NCBI GenBank assembly: GCA_002069815.1
Contig: MWCB01000001.1
Coordinates: 65,786 to 129,785, forward strand
Direction of reading: 5' to 3'
DNA: 64,000 bases
Source: Tenericutes bacterium ADurb.Bin239
Lineage (GTDB): Bacteria; Bacillota_I; Bacilli_A; RFN20; CAG-826
Part shown: one piece after another, positions 19,018-27,763 of the stretch
How positions within the stretch are numbered: the first letter of the stretch is position 1
How the letters are laid out: each line of letters starts with the position of its first letter
Position numbers and translations under genes: made by a program
Notes under the pieces: model-generated
Database searches by the model: none
Told to the model about the DNA's origin: nothing
Seen by the model: the letters and a program-made list of their open reading frames with translations, nothing else

Positions 19018-20462
19018 TAAATATCACCTAATTCGTTAACGGCAACGATCCGTAAGAAGTTAGTTGAACCAGTACCCGTTGGTGTCCCACCGGTAATAAT
19101 GATATTGTCTTTAGCTTTAAGACCGAGTTGACGCATTTTAATAAGCGCAAACGCTTCCATGTCTTCAATTAATTGCGGTAATGTTTTAATAACGATGCTA
19201 AAGACCCCAAAATAAGGCGCAACTCGCATACCTGCTGCTGGTGAAGAAGTAACCATAACAATCGGGCACTTTGGTCGCGATTTAGAAATACGAATGGCAC
19301 TTTTACCCGTTTCACTAAAACAGACAATGGCCTTAGCATCAATTAAGTTAGCGGTTGAAGCGACGCTTGTTGCAATCGCGTCACTCCGCCGTTTCTTTGA
19401 ATAGTTATAACCAAAGTTAGCTAATTGGGTATAAGGTAAAAATTGTTCCATTGTAATTGCAATACGTTGTTGCATTGCGGCACTTTCGACAGGATATTGC
19501 CCGCTTGCGGTTTCCGCGCTTAACATAACTGCGTCCGCGCCTTCTTTAATAGCGGTGGCTACGTCACTAACCTCAGCGCGAGTCGGAAGTGGATTTAGTT
19601 GCATACTATCAAGCATTTGCGTTGCAACAATAACAGGTTTTCCTAATTTACGACATTCTAAAATAATGTCACTTTGCATCACTGGAACTAGTTCAGGGGG
19701 GATGTCAACTCCCATATCACCACGGGCAATCATAATCCCATCAACGACTTCGAGTATTTCGTTAATATTATCGACTCCTTGTTTATTTTCAATCTTGGCA
19801 ATAATTGGAATGTCAGGAGCACCTAATTCCGCTAAATAGGCTTTAAGTTGTAGCACGTCTTCGGCTTTTCGTGTAAAACTAGCGGCTATCATATCAATGC
19901 CATTTTCCACGCCGAATTTAATATCTTGACGATCTCGTTCGCTTAAAGCTGGTAGTGTCATCCGTTCGCCAGGGATATTAATACCTTTACGGTTAGAAAT
20001 AATATGCGTGTTAAATGCTTTGACTTTAATTTGTCGTTTGTCTTTATCAATTTCCACAACGTCTAAACGAAGTTTACCATCATCAATCTTAATCATATCG
20101 CCAATACGGATATCATCAACTAAATTAGGATGGTTGACACTAAAGTCAGTTGCGGTCCCTAGCACTTCCTTCATATGAATGGTGACGAATGAGTCTTTAA
20201 CAATTTCAACCTTACCATCTTCAAAGAAGTGACAGCGGATTTCTGGTCCCGCGGTATCAAGCATAATCGGAATATAAATATGTTCTTCAATTAACTTCTT
20301 GGAAATATCAATAATTTGTTTATGGGTTTCATATGTTCCATGTGAGAAGTTGATGCGCATTATATTCATCCCCGCATCAATTAATTCGCGAACTTTTTCC
20401 ATCGTATTGCTCGCTGGTCCAATTGTAGCGACAATTTTAGTTTTTTTGGAAATATTTAGCAT
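19017..20462 (-). CDS. pyk: Pyruvate kinase
   Basis: 481 aa; MIARGDMGVDIP motif; no C-terminal PEP-utiliser extension. Confidence 0.95.
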   Translation of the reverse strand: MLNISKKTKIVATIGPASNTMEKVRELIDAGMNIMRINFSHGTYETHKQIIDISKKLIEEHIYIPIMLDTAGPEIRCHFFEDGKVEIVKDSFVTIHMKEVLGTATDFSVNHPNLVDDIRIGDMIKIDDGKLRLDVVEIDKDKRQIKVKAFNTHIISNRKGINIPGERMTLPALSERDRQDIKFGVENGIDMIAASFTRKAEDVLQLKAYLAELGAPDIPIIAKIENKQGVDNINEILEVVDGIMIARGDMGVDIPPELVPVMQSDIILECRKLGKPVIVATQMLDSMQLNPLPTRAEVSDVATAIKEGADAVMLSAETASGQYPVESAAMQQRIAITMEQFLPYTQLANFGYNYSKKRRSDAIATSVASTANLIDAKAIVCFSETGKSAIRISKSRPKCPIVMVTSSPAAGMRVAPYFGVFSIVIKTLPQLIEDMEAFALIKMRQLGLKAKDNIIITGGTPTGTGSTNFLRIVAVNELGDI

Positions 20463-20479
20463 AATAAAGGTTGTCCTTT

Positions 20480-21442
20480 CTATTTAAGCTTATCAATAAC
20501 ATTAATTAGTTCTTCTAAGTTAGGATTAGTAGATTTAGTTGTTGCTTGGATTGGCATATGACGGAGACGGCCATTAATGAGACCAACACAAACATTATCG
20601 ATACCATTAGCAATTAAATCAACCGCGTATACCCCAAGGCGGCCAGCTAAGACTCGATCACTTGCACTCGGCGAACCACCGCGTTGAAGTCGACCTAAAA
20701 CTTCAATCTTCGCGTCAAAACCAGTTTCTTTAATAATTCGGTCTTTCAAATCATTCAAATCTTCGAATTGTTTTTCACTAACGATGACAAGGGCGTGACG
20801 TGCCCGATTTAAATTAATATTTTTAAGGGTCTCAATAATTTCTTCTTCGCTTGGACGATGTTCGGGAGATATAATTAAATCAACCCCACAAGCAGTCCCG
20901 CTATATAGGGCTAAGTCACCATAGCGATTGCCCATTACCTCAATAATTGAACAGCGGTGATGGCTACTAGAAGTATCACGAAGTTTGTCAACAGCTTCAG
21001 TAATGGTATTTAAAGCAGTGTCAAATCCAATCGTTTGTTCGGTGCCCATCACATCATTATCAATCGTAGCGGGAATTCCGATTACTTTGATACCATGTTT
21101 ACTTAAAGCATACGCGCCACGATAAGATCCATCACCACCAATAACTATTAAGTGCGTAATACCATAAAACTTTAGATTTTCTGCGGCTTTTTTTAGTGTT
21201 TCTTCTTGATAAAATTCAGGGAAACGGGCTGTTTTTAAAATCGTACCACCGCGCATAATAATTTCACTAACGAACGTACGATCAGCGCTTACGATTTTGT
21301 TTTCAATAATACCACGAAAACCTTCGAAAATAGCAAACATCTGAAAGTCATAAGCAAGCCCACTCCGAATAACGGCCCGAATGGCCGCATTCATTCCTGG
21401 AGCGTCGCCACCCGATGTTAAAACTGCAACTTTGACTGACAT
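20480..21442 (-). CDS. pfkA: ATP-dependent 6-phosphofructokinase
   Basis: Start moved to ATG 21442 (MSVKVAVLTSGGDAPGMNA) with a GGGAGGGAG SD; IGGDGS and PATIDND motifs. Confidence 0.95.
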   Translation of the reverse strand: MSVKVAVLTSGGDAPGMNAAIRAVIRSGLAYDFQMFAIFEGFRGIIENKIVSADRTFVSEIIMRGGTILKTARFPEFYQEETLKKAAENLKFYGITHLIVIGGDGSYRGAYALSKHGIKVIGIPATIDNDVMGTEQTIGFDTALNTITEAVDKLRDTSSSHHRCSIIEVMGNRYGDLALYSGTACGVDLIISPEHRPSEEEIIETLKNINLNRARHALVIVSEKQFEDLNDLKDRIIKETGFDAKIEVLGRLQRGGSPSASDRVLAGRLGVYAVDLIANGIDNVCVGLINGRLRHMPIQATTKSTNPNLEELINVIDKLK

Positions 21443-21600
21443 AAGGCTCCCTCCCATCTTTTATATTTTAACATTTTATAGGACGATTGACTTATTTATA
21501 ATAGTCAATTTATGACAAAAAGTGAATTATATTAGTTTATATTCGAAAATATGTACAAACTTGAAGTATAAAAGTTAAACAATGTATAAAAATGAAGCAC

Positions 21601-21668
21601 TTTTCCACAAAAAATGAATTTGTTTCCACAATAAAACAATTAATATCCACAATATTAAATTATGGACA
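21601..21668 (+). promoter_or_regulatory. Phased array of DnaA-box-like motifs
   Basis: TTTTCCACA (21601-09), GTTTCCACA (21622-30), ATATCCACA (21643-51) and the weaker TTATGGACA (21660-68); same orientation; the first three are spaced exactly 21 bp apart. Confidence 0.5.
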
Positions 21669-21671
21669 TTT

Positions 21672-21705
21672 TTGGCAAGGTTAGAATAATACATTATGAT
21701 ATAAT
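21672..21705 (+). promoter_or_regulatory. dnaB-dnaI promoter region
   Basis: TTGGCA (21672-77), 17 nt, TATGAT (21695-700), overlapping the extended -10 TGATATAAT (21697-705). ATG at 21715 with no SD. Confidence 0.55.
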
Positions 21706-21714
21706 GTTTTCAGT

Positions 21715-22956
21715 ATGCGGTTAGTTAAAAGTAATGATTTTTATAGTATTAAAGTGCGGGGTTATGTAACGCCGTTACACCTTGATGTTTTAGATATTTT
21801 ATATCAGCCCATTTTAGGTTTTGCGGCGACCTCGTTATATCGTTATTTATACGCAATGCGCGACTTTAGAAAGGGTGACCCGCTTTCCTTTACCTTAATT
21901 CACGACCATTTTGGTTTTACCTATGATCAAATTAGCAGTGCGCTAAGTAAATTAGAAGGACTTGGTTTAATGCGTTCATTTTACAGCACGCGACCAGAAT
22001 TTAGTGAATATGTTCTTGAGTTATACGCGCCGAAAGACCCCGCGGCGTTTAGCCAAGATCCCCTTTTTATGAATTTGTTAAATGATATTCTCGGCCCGCG
22101 CCATACCCAAGACTTACTAACACTATTTATGTTAGACCGCGAAACCTTAAATAAAGACGAAGTTACATCTAGTTTTGCTGAAATTTACGCGAATCAAATT
22201 ATGGATATTAAAAGTGATGGTATTTTTAATGGCGCGCCTTTAGAAAATGTAGTGGGAACCGTCAAAATTGTTTTTGATCGGGCCCTATTTTTTAATCGTT
22301 TAACCCATAATCGTAAAATTTTACCAAGTTCATTGAGTACCGATGAAGTTAAAAAAATTGAACAAATTGCAGGTTTATATAATTTAACGGAAGATGCAAT
22401 ATCGCAAAAAGTTGGCGATTATTATGACGCTGGTAAAAAAGTTGGATCACGTGTTGATTTTGGGGCTTTAACCCAAAACTTACAAGAACTAGTGAAGTAT
22501 CCAGATTTGATTCGTCCGCTCCGGCGCCACGTTAATAAGTTACCAGGTGAAAGTGAGAAAATAAAGCTAATCAATGATATGGAAGTTATGGGACCCGTGG
22601 ACTTTTTAGTAAAAATGAATGACGGAACGAAAGTAGCACCTGCTGATTTTCGTATTTTAGAAACATTGGCGCTTGATTATAACTTATTACCGCCCGTTAT
22701 TAATGCGCTTGTTTATTACACCTTATACCACAATAATAATGAGTTAGTGAGAGCATTAATGGAAAAGAATGCTAGTCTCTTAGCACGCAATAAAGTAGTA
22801 ACGGCGCTTGATGCGCTTGATACGCTGGAACGGCCCCCAGTTAAAGGACGTGGTCGTCCCCGCAAAGGAGTAGGAGTTGAACCTAAAATTGAGGCAAAGG
22901 AAACACCCGCGGATGATACGGATGATCCAATTTGGGATGAATTAAAGAAACTGTAA
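21715..22956 (+). CDS. dnaB: Replication initiation / membrane attachment protein, Bacillus DnaB-type (helicase co-loader)
   Basis: 413 aa; N-terminal region (DILYQPILGFAATSLYRYLY) resembles Bacillus DnaB/DnaD-family proteins; immediately precedes dnaI. Confidence 0.65.
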   Translation: MRLVKSNDFYSIKVRGYVTPLHLDVLDILYQPILGFAATSLYRYLYAMRDFRKGDPLSFTLIHDHFGFTYDQISSALSKLEGLGLMRSFYSTRPEFSEYVLELYAPKDPAAFSQDPLFMNLLNDILGPRHTQDLLTLFMLDRETLNKDEVTSSFAEIYANQIMDIKSDGIFNGAPLENVVGTVKIVFDRALFFNRLTHNRKILPSSLSTDEVKKIEQIAGLYNLTEDAISQKVGDYYDAGKKVGSRVDFGALTQNLQELVKYPDLIRPLRRHVNKLPGESEKIKLINDMEVMGPVDFLVKMNDGTKVAPADFRILETLALDYNLLPPVINALVYYTLYHNNNELVRALMEKNASLLARNKVVTALDALDTLERPPVKGRGRPRKGVGVEPKIEAKETPADDTDDPIWDELKKL

Positions 22957-23840
22957 TGAAAAAAGTTGATTTAGAAGTTAAACATGATGATTTAGTAACC
23001 GTGCGCAAGGAAATGTATGATCGCATCATGCAAAATAAAGCCTTCGTTAACCTTTTAAAAGAGCAAGGCGCCACTCCCGAAACAATCACTAATAATGTTG
23101 GAGCACTTAACGATTATTTAGACGCATATTTAAGTGTTGAAGATTGTAAAAAAGCTGGGCACTGTCTTAATAATGATAAGTATCATGCGTTGCATTTAGA
23201 AATTAACGCTCCATTTGTGTCACTTGAACGACAAATGTGTCCTGTTTACTTTAAAAGTCAAGAAGTTTTAATGCGTTTTGTGGTTAAAGATTTTCCCGAG
23301 AATTACATTGATTTAAAAATTGAAGATTTACCAAGAAGGCGGGGGTTTGCCGCGTATATGCGCGAACTTATGGGCTTATTGCGCGGTGATAACTTTTTAG
23401 TGTATGCTTCCGGATTATCGGGTATTGGCAAACTTCAAACTGCTGTTAGTTTTGTGATGCGGATGCTTGAAGAAGACAAAGATAAAAGAGCAGGGGTCGT
23501 TGATTTTCCCGCCTTTATTCGTGAATATGCGAGTGATTATTATGGAAATAAGGCAGTCATAGATTCGCATATTGATCAGTATGTTAGTCTTGATATTTTG
23601 ATTATTAATGGATTTGGCAATGAAGAGAATAATAAGCTTATTCGTGAGTCAATTGTGTTCCCATTAATTAGTGCACGAATCCAACAAAAAAAGCCGACCA
23701 TCCTTTTAGCGGAAATCACGATAGATGAATTAAGTAATCTCTATGATTTCACTAACCGAGATGTACGAGCGCGGCAAATTATTAATTTAATTAAGGCTAA
23801 TATCGTCGAAGAAATTTATTTACAGGGCACTAAACTTTAA
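22956..23840 (+). CDS. dnaI: Primosomal helicase loader DnaI-like (Walker motifs degenerate)
   Basis: 294 aa; N-terminal Cys/His region plus an AAA+ DnaC/DnaI-like domain. The P-loop reads GLSGIGKL and Walker B reads ILIINGFGNE. Confidence 0.65.
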   Translation: MKKVDLEVKHDDLVTVRKEMYDRIMQNKAFVNLLKEQGATPETITNNVGALNDYLDAYLSVEDCKKAGHCLNNDKYHALHLEINAPFVSLERQMCPVYFKSQEVLMRFVVKDFPENYIDLKIEDLPRRRGFAAYMRELMGLLRGDNFLVYASGLSGIGKLQTAVSFVMRMLEEDKDKRAGVVDFPAFIREYASDYYGNKAVIDSHIDQYVSLDILIINGFGNEENNKLIRESIVFPLISARIQQKKPTILLAEITIDELSNLYDFTNRDVRARQIINLIKANIVEEIYLQGTKL

Positions 23841-25203
23841 AGGTCTTAAATTTATTTATTAAATCTGCTTTGGTGCCGTCATTAACGATGATTAAATCAA
23901 GTCGATGACGGTTTTTCATATATTCATTATCGGCATTAATACCTAGGTTTTCCCCGCGCTTTTCCAGGTTTTCTTGTTGTTTTTCGACACTTATTTCCAC
24001 CCCGATTATAAAATTAAATAATTCATATATTTTATAGGAGAAAGGAAGCGGAATTTCAAAATAAAGTCTATCTTTATTGCTTTCTTTAATAATCTTACTT
24101 ATTTCAGTTTTTACGAGCGGGTGGATTAAAGCGTTGATGACCTTAATTTGTTTAGGGTTAGCAAGGAGATAAGCGCGTAATAAATCAAGATCAAAGACAT
24201 CATTATCATGGAGCGAAGTGGCGAGTTTTTGTTCCAACTTCTTGGTAAGGTTAAGGTCTTGGTAAAATGATTTTGCGAGCGAATCAGTGTCAATAACAGT
24301 TTCACCAATACTGCGTAAATAATCCGAAATAACGGTTTTGCCACTGGCTTTTTGTCCAGTTATAGCGATGGTAAGTGGGACCGACGGATTTATTTGACAT
24401 GACGGGCAATAAGTCGTGCCCCGTCCCCCTACAAAAATCTTTTTAAAACGGAAGTTACAAGTAGGACACTTTTCATAAGCTTTACCATAAGCATGAAGTT
24501 GTTGCTGAAAGTGGCCATGGACGCCCGCTGCTGGACGATAACTGCGGACGGTGGTACCGCCTTGCGCTATAGCCGCATTAAGGACTTTAATACTATATTC
24601 AATAAGTAATTTAACTGTCTTAAAATCAATACTATTCGTTGGTGTTTCCGGATGAACGCGACTGAGATAGAGAACTTCATCAACATAAATATTACCAAGT
24701 CCGCTCATTAGTTTTTGATCAAGGAGCGTTTGTTTAATAGGAGTCGAGCGATTTTGAATATTATGGAAATAGGTAGCGGGATCAATGTCAAAGGGTTCGG
24801 GTCCCACATTTTGCATTGCCTTTGTTTTCATATACTCTTCGTTCGTTGAAAGTTCGAGTTTGCCAAATTGGCGCGAGTCATCATAACATAAGCGGCGACC
24901 ATCGTTTAAGACGAAAATAACATGGGCGTATTTGGAATCTTCTTCCCCTAGTAAAACTTCAATAAATTTTCCCACCATCCGTAAGTGACTAAGCATTACT
25001 AAATCACTATTAAAAGTAAAGATTAAATATTTACCAATTCGCTTAACGTGACTAAAAGTTTGACCAATTAAAGCACTTTTAAAAACTTGCGGGTCACCAT
25101 TAATAATGCGCTTCTTATGAATGATTACATCCGTAATAGTGGCACCAACGATGATGGTATTTAATATTCTTTTAACAGTTTCAACTTCGGGTAATTCAGG
25201 CAT
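23830..25203 (-). CDS. Fusion protein: formamidopyrimidine-DNA glycosylase (Fpg/MutM) + dephospho-CoA kinase (CoaE)
   Basis: Start set at ATG 25203 so the N-terminus is MPELPEVETV (catalytic Pro2). Fpg zinc finger CPTCNFRF...CPSCQ is followed in frame by the CoaE P-loop ITGQKASGKT and DTD motif. Confidence 0.8.
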   Translation of the reverse strand: MPELPEVETVKRILNTIIVGATITDVIIHKKRIINGDPQVFKSALIGQTFSHVKRIGKYLIFTFNSDLVMLSHLRMVGKFIEVLLGEEDSKYAHVIFVLNDGRRLCYDDSRQFGKLELSTNEEYMKTKAMQNVGPEPFDIDPATYFHNIQNRSTPIKQTLLDQKLMSGLGNIYVDEVLYLSRVHPETPTNSIDFKTVKLLIEYSIKVLNAAIAQGGTTVRSYRPAAGVHGHFQQQLHAYGKAYEKCPTCNFRFKKIFVGGRGTTYCPSCQINPSVPLTIAITGQKASGKTVISDYLRSIGETVIDTDSLAKSFYQDLNLTKKLEQKLATSLHDNDVFDLDLLRAYLLANPKQIKVINALIHPLVKTEISKIIKESNKDRLYFEIPLPFSYKIYELFNFIIGVEISVEKQQENLEKRGENLGINADNEYMKNRHRLDLIIVNDGTKADLINKFKTFKV

Positions 25204-25207
25204 AACT

Positions 25208-27763
25208 TTAACTTGCATCAAACCAGGTTTTACCAGTTCGGACCTCCACTTTTAATTTTACAGGTAACTCAAGGACATTTTCCATAATATTCACTAACTG
25301 ATCAACGATGTCATGTTCGTTGGCATCAAGGGCAAAAATAAGTTCGTCATGAACTTGTAAGATTAATTTAGTTTTGTAGTTATTTGTACGTAAATATTCA
25401 TCGACTTTAATCATCGCTATTTTAATTAAATCAGCGGCACTCCCTTGGATTGGTGCGTTCATCGCTGCGCGTTTAGCAAATTCACGGGTTTGATAATTAG
25501 GATCATTAATTTGTGGGATGTAACGTTTTCGCCCAGTTAAAGTTTTAACGTATCCTTCTTTATGTAACTCTTCAATAATTTGTTGGCGATAAATCCAAAC
25601 TTCAGGGTAAGTGGCAAAGAAGTTTTGAATAATGGTGCGGGCCTCCCACACCGTTATTTCAAGTTGCTCACTTAAGCCAAAGTCACTAATGCCGTAAACG
25701 ATGCCAAAATTAACCGCTTTCGCCTTCCGTCTTGCATAACTAGCATCTTCAAGCGGGAAAAGGGCAATTGCCGTTTCGGTATGAATATCACGTTCACTAT
25801 TAAAGATTGTAATAAGGCTTGGCACATTAGCGATGGCCGCTAAAAGGCGAAGTTCAATTTGACTATAGTCAATGGCTAAAACATCTTTATCGCCCGCATT
25901 AAATGCTTTTCTAATTTCTCTTCCTTCTTCGTGTCTAACACTAATATTTTGTAAGTTAGGGTTATTGCTACTAAGACGACCAGTTGTAGTTAAGGCTTGA
26001 TTAAAGGTAGTATGGACCTTACCATCGTCATGAATATGGGGGATTAATCCATCGATATAAGTCGAAATGATTTTTTGATATTTTCGATATTCGAGAAGGG
26101 CGGGAATTATTGGATGCTTATCCTTTAAATCAATTAAGACATCGACGGCGGTTGACCGTTTGCGGTTTGATTTAAGGCCAAGCTCATCAAAAAGGACAAC
26201 GGCAAGTTGTTTGGGAGAATTAATGTTAAATTCATGGCCCGCGAGGTGATAGATAGCTCTTGTTAAGTTATCAAGCACGACCTTATATTCATCCCCCAGC
26301 GTCTCTAAAACATTTTGATCAACGTTAAAACCAACTTTTTCCATCTTAATTAACACATCTGTTAGTGGTTTTTCAATGTCTTCATAAACTTTTAGCAGTT
26401 TTTCTTGTTTAAGTTTCTTTAAACCTTCTTTATAGATAATAGGTAATTTCGCTACCAGGATTGCGTATGTTTCGTGTTCAGCATTTGAAGCATTGACACC
26501 ATAAGTTAATAAGAAAGCACTGATATTGGGTGAAACATTTGTGTCCCACACGTAAGTTAGAACAAGGGCATCATTAACTGTTCCGTTTAACTCAATACCG
26601 TGATTACTAAGCATTATCGCACTACGTTTATAGTCATATGTATATTTAACAAGGGCTTCATCCGTAAATAAACTAACAAGTTTACTATCTTTTAATAACG
26701 ATTCGTAACTTATGGAATATACTGTTTTTCCTAGGGAAAAATAAACGTGTAACGGAGTGGCTTTATAATAATCTTCAGTACTAGCGGTCACATAAAAAGA
26801 AAGAAAGGCGTAATCTTTTTCGTTAATATCGGCACTACTAGTGATGGCTTGGACTTTAATCGCGTCGTCACTATCACCATGTTGATATTTTAAGTTATTT
26901 AAAAATTGGCGCATTTCATATTTTTGGGCAAAAGCGTGCACTTCCCCGCTATTGAAGCCAGTATAATGGAAGTCACTTACTGGATGGGGAAGCGGGATAT
27001 CAATAAGAATTGTTGCTAAATGTTTGGACTGAAGCGCAACATCTTTAAATTCACACAGATTTTCGCCTAGTTTGCCCTTAATATTAGGAGCATTTTCCAG
27101 TATTTTTTCTAACGTATCGTATTCTTCAAGTAGCTTAATAGCGGTTACTTTACCGACTCCTGGCACCCCTTTTAAGTTATCACTAGTATCACCAGTCAGT
27201 CCTTTAAAGTCTGTCACTTGATAAGCATGATAGCCAAACTCTTCATAAAGTCCCTTTGGGTCTAAATAACGGACATCACTAAGCCCGCGCCTAATGAGTT
27301 GGACACTAATTTGCTCATCAATCAATTGCAAATAATCTTGATCACTTGTGTATAATTCGACTTTATAACCTTGGGCTCCTGCTTGTTTCGCAAGACTCCC
27401 CGCAAGGTCATCAGCTTCATATCCCGTTACTTCATCATGGCGAATGGAAAGCGCATCGAGAAATTCGCGAGCGATAGGAAATTGGATGATTAATTCATCG
27501 GGCACCTTTTGGCGTGTGGCTTTATAATCTTCGTATTCTTCATGCCTAAATGTTTTTTCACCGGTGTCGAAAGCCACAAACAAGTGATCATCAGCTTTTA
27601 AGTCGTTAACAATGCGCACAATCATATTGGCAAACGCAAAAATAGCATTAGTGGGTATGCCTGTGCTTGTTTTCATAATTTTATCAGTGCCAAGATAAGC
27701 GGTTGCGTAATAGGCACGAAATAAAAGAGAATTCCCGTCAATAATAATTAATCTTTTACTCAT
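25208..27763 (-). CDS. polA: DNA polymerase I
   Basis: Start moved to ATG 27763 (MSKRLIIIDGNSLLFRAYY) with a GGAAAGG SD; 5'-nuclease domain; pol motifs DYSQIELR, RRKAKAVNFGIVYG, QVHDE; 8-nt overlap with the dnaE stop. Confidence 0.95.
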   Translation of the reverse strand: MSKRLIIIDGNSLLFRAYYATAYLGTDKIMKTSTGIPTNAIFAFANMIVRIVNDLKADDHLFVAFDTGEKTFRHEEYEDYKATRQKVPDELIIQFPIAREFLDALSIRHDEVTGYEADDLAGSLAKQAGAQGYKVELYTSDQDYLQLIDEQISVQLIRRGLSDVRYLDPKGLYEEFGYHAYQVTDFKGLTGDTSDNLKGVPGVGKVTAIKLLEEYDTLEKILENAPNIKGKLGENLCEFKDVALQSKHLATILIDIPLPHPVSDFHYTGFNSGEVHAFAQKYEMRQFLNNLKYQHGDSDDAIKVQAITSSADINEKDYAFLSFYVTASTEDYYKATPLHVYFSLGKTVYSISYESLLKDSKLVSLFTDEALVKYTYDYKRSAIMLSNHGIELNGTVNDALVLTYVWDTNVSPNISAFLLTYGVNASNAEHETYAILVAKLPIIYKEGLKKLKQEKLLKVYEDIEKPLTDVLIKMEKVGFNVDQNVLETLGDEYKVVLDNLTRAIYHLAGHEFNINSPKQLAVVLFDELGLKSNRKRSTAVDVLIDLKDKHPIIPALLEYRKYQKIISTYIDGLIPHIHDDGKVHTTFNQALTTTGRLSSNNPNLQNISVRHEEGREIRKAFNAGDKDVLAIDYSQIELRLLAAIANVPSLITIFNSERDIHTETAIALFPLEDASYARRKAKAVNFGIVYGISDFGLSEQLEITVWEARTIIQNFFATYPEVWIYRQQIIEELHKEGYVKTLTGRKRYIPQINDPNYQTREFAKRAAMNAPIQGSAADLIKIAMIKVDEYLRTNNYKTKLILQVHDELIFALDANEHDIVDQLVNIMENVLELPVKLKVEVRTGKTWFDAS

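Noticed and set aside
21458-21714. The pfkA/dnaB intergenic region as a chromosomal replication origin (oriC)
   Set aside because: It has only 3-4 imperfect boxes, all in one orientation, and no dnaA/dnaN/rpmH neighbourhood. I could not identify a clear tandem AT-rich 13-mer-type unwinding element. A regulatory or DnaA-titrating cluster is more parsimonious, though only skew analysis or ChIP on the whole genome can settle it.
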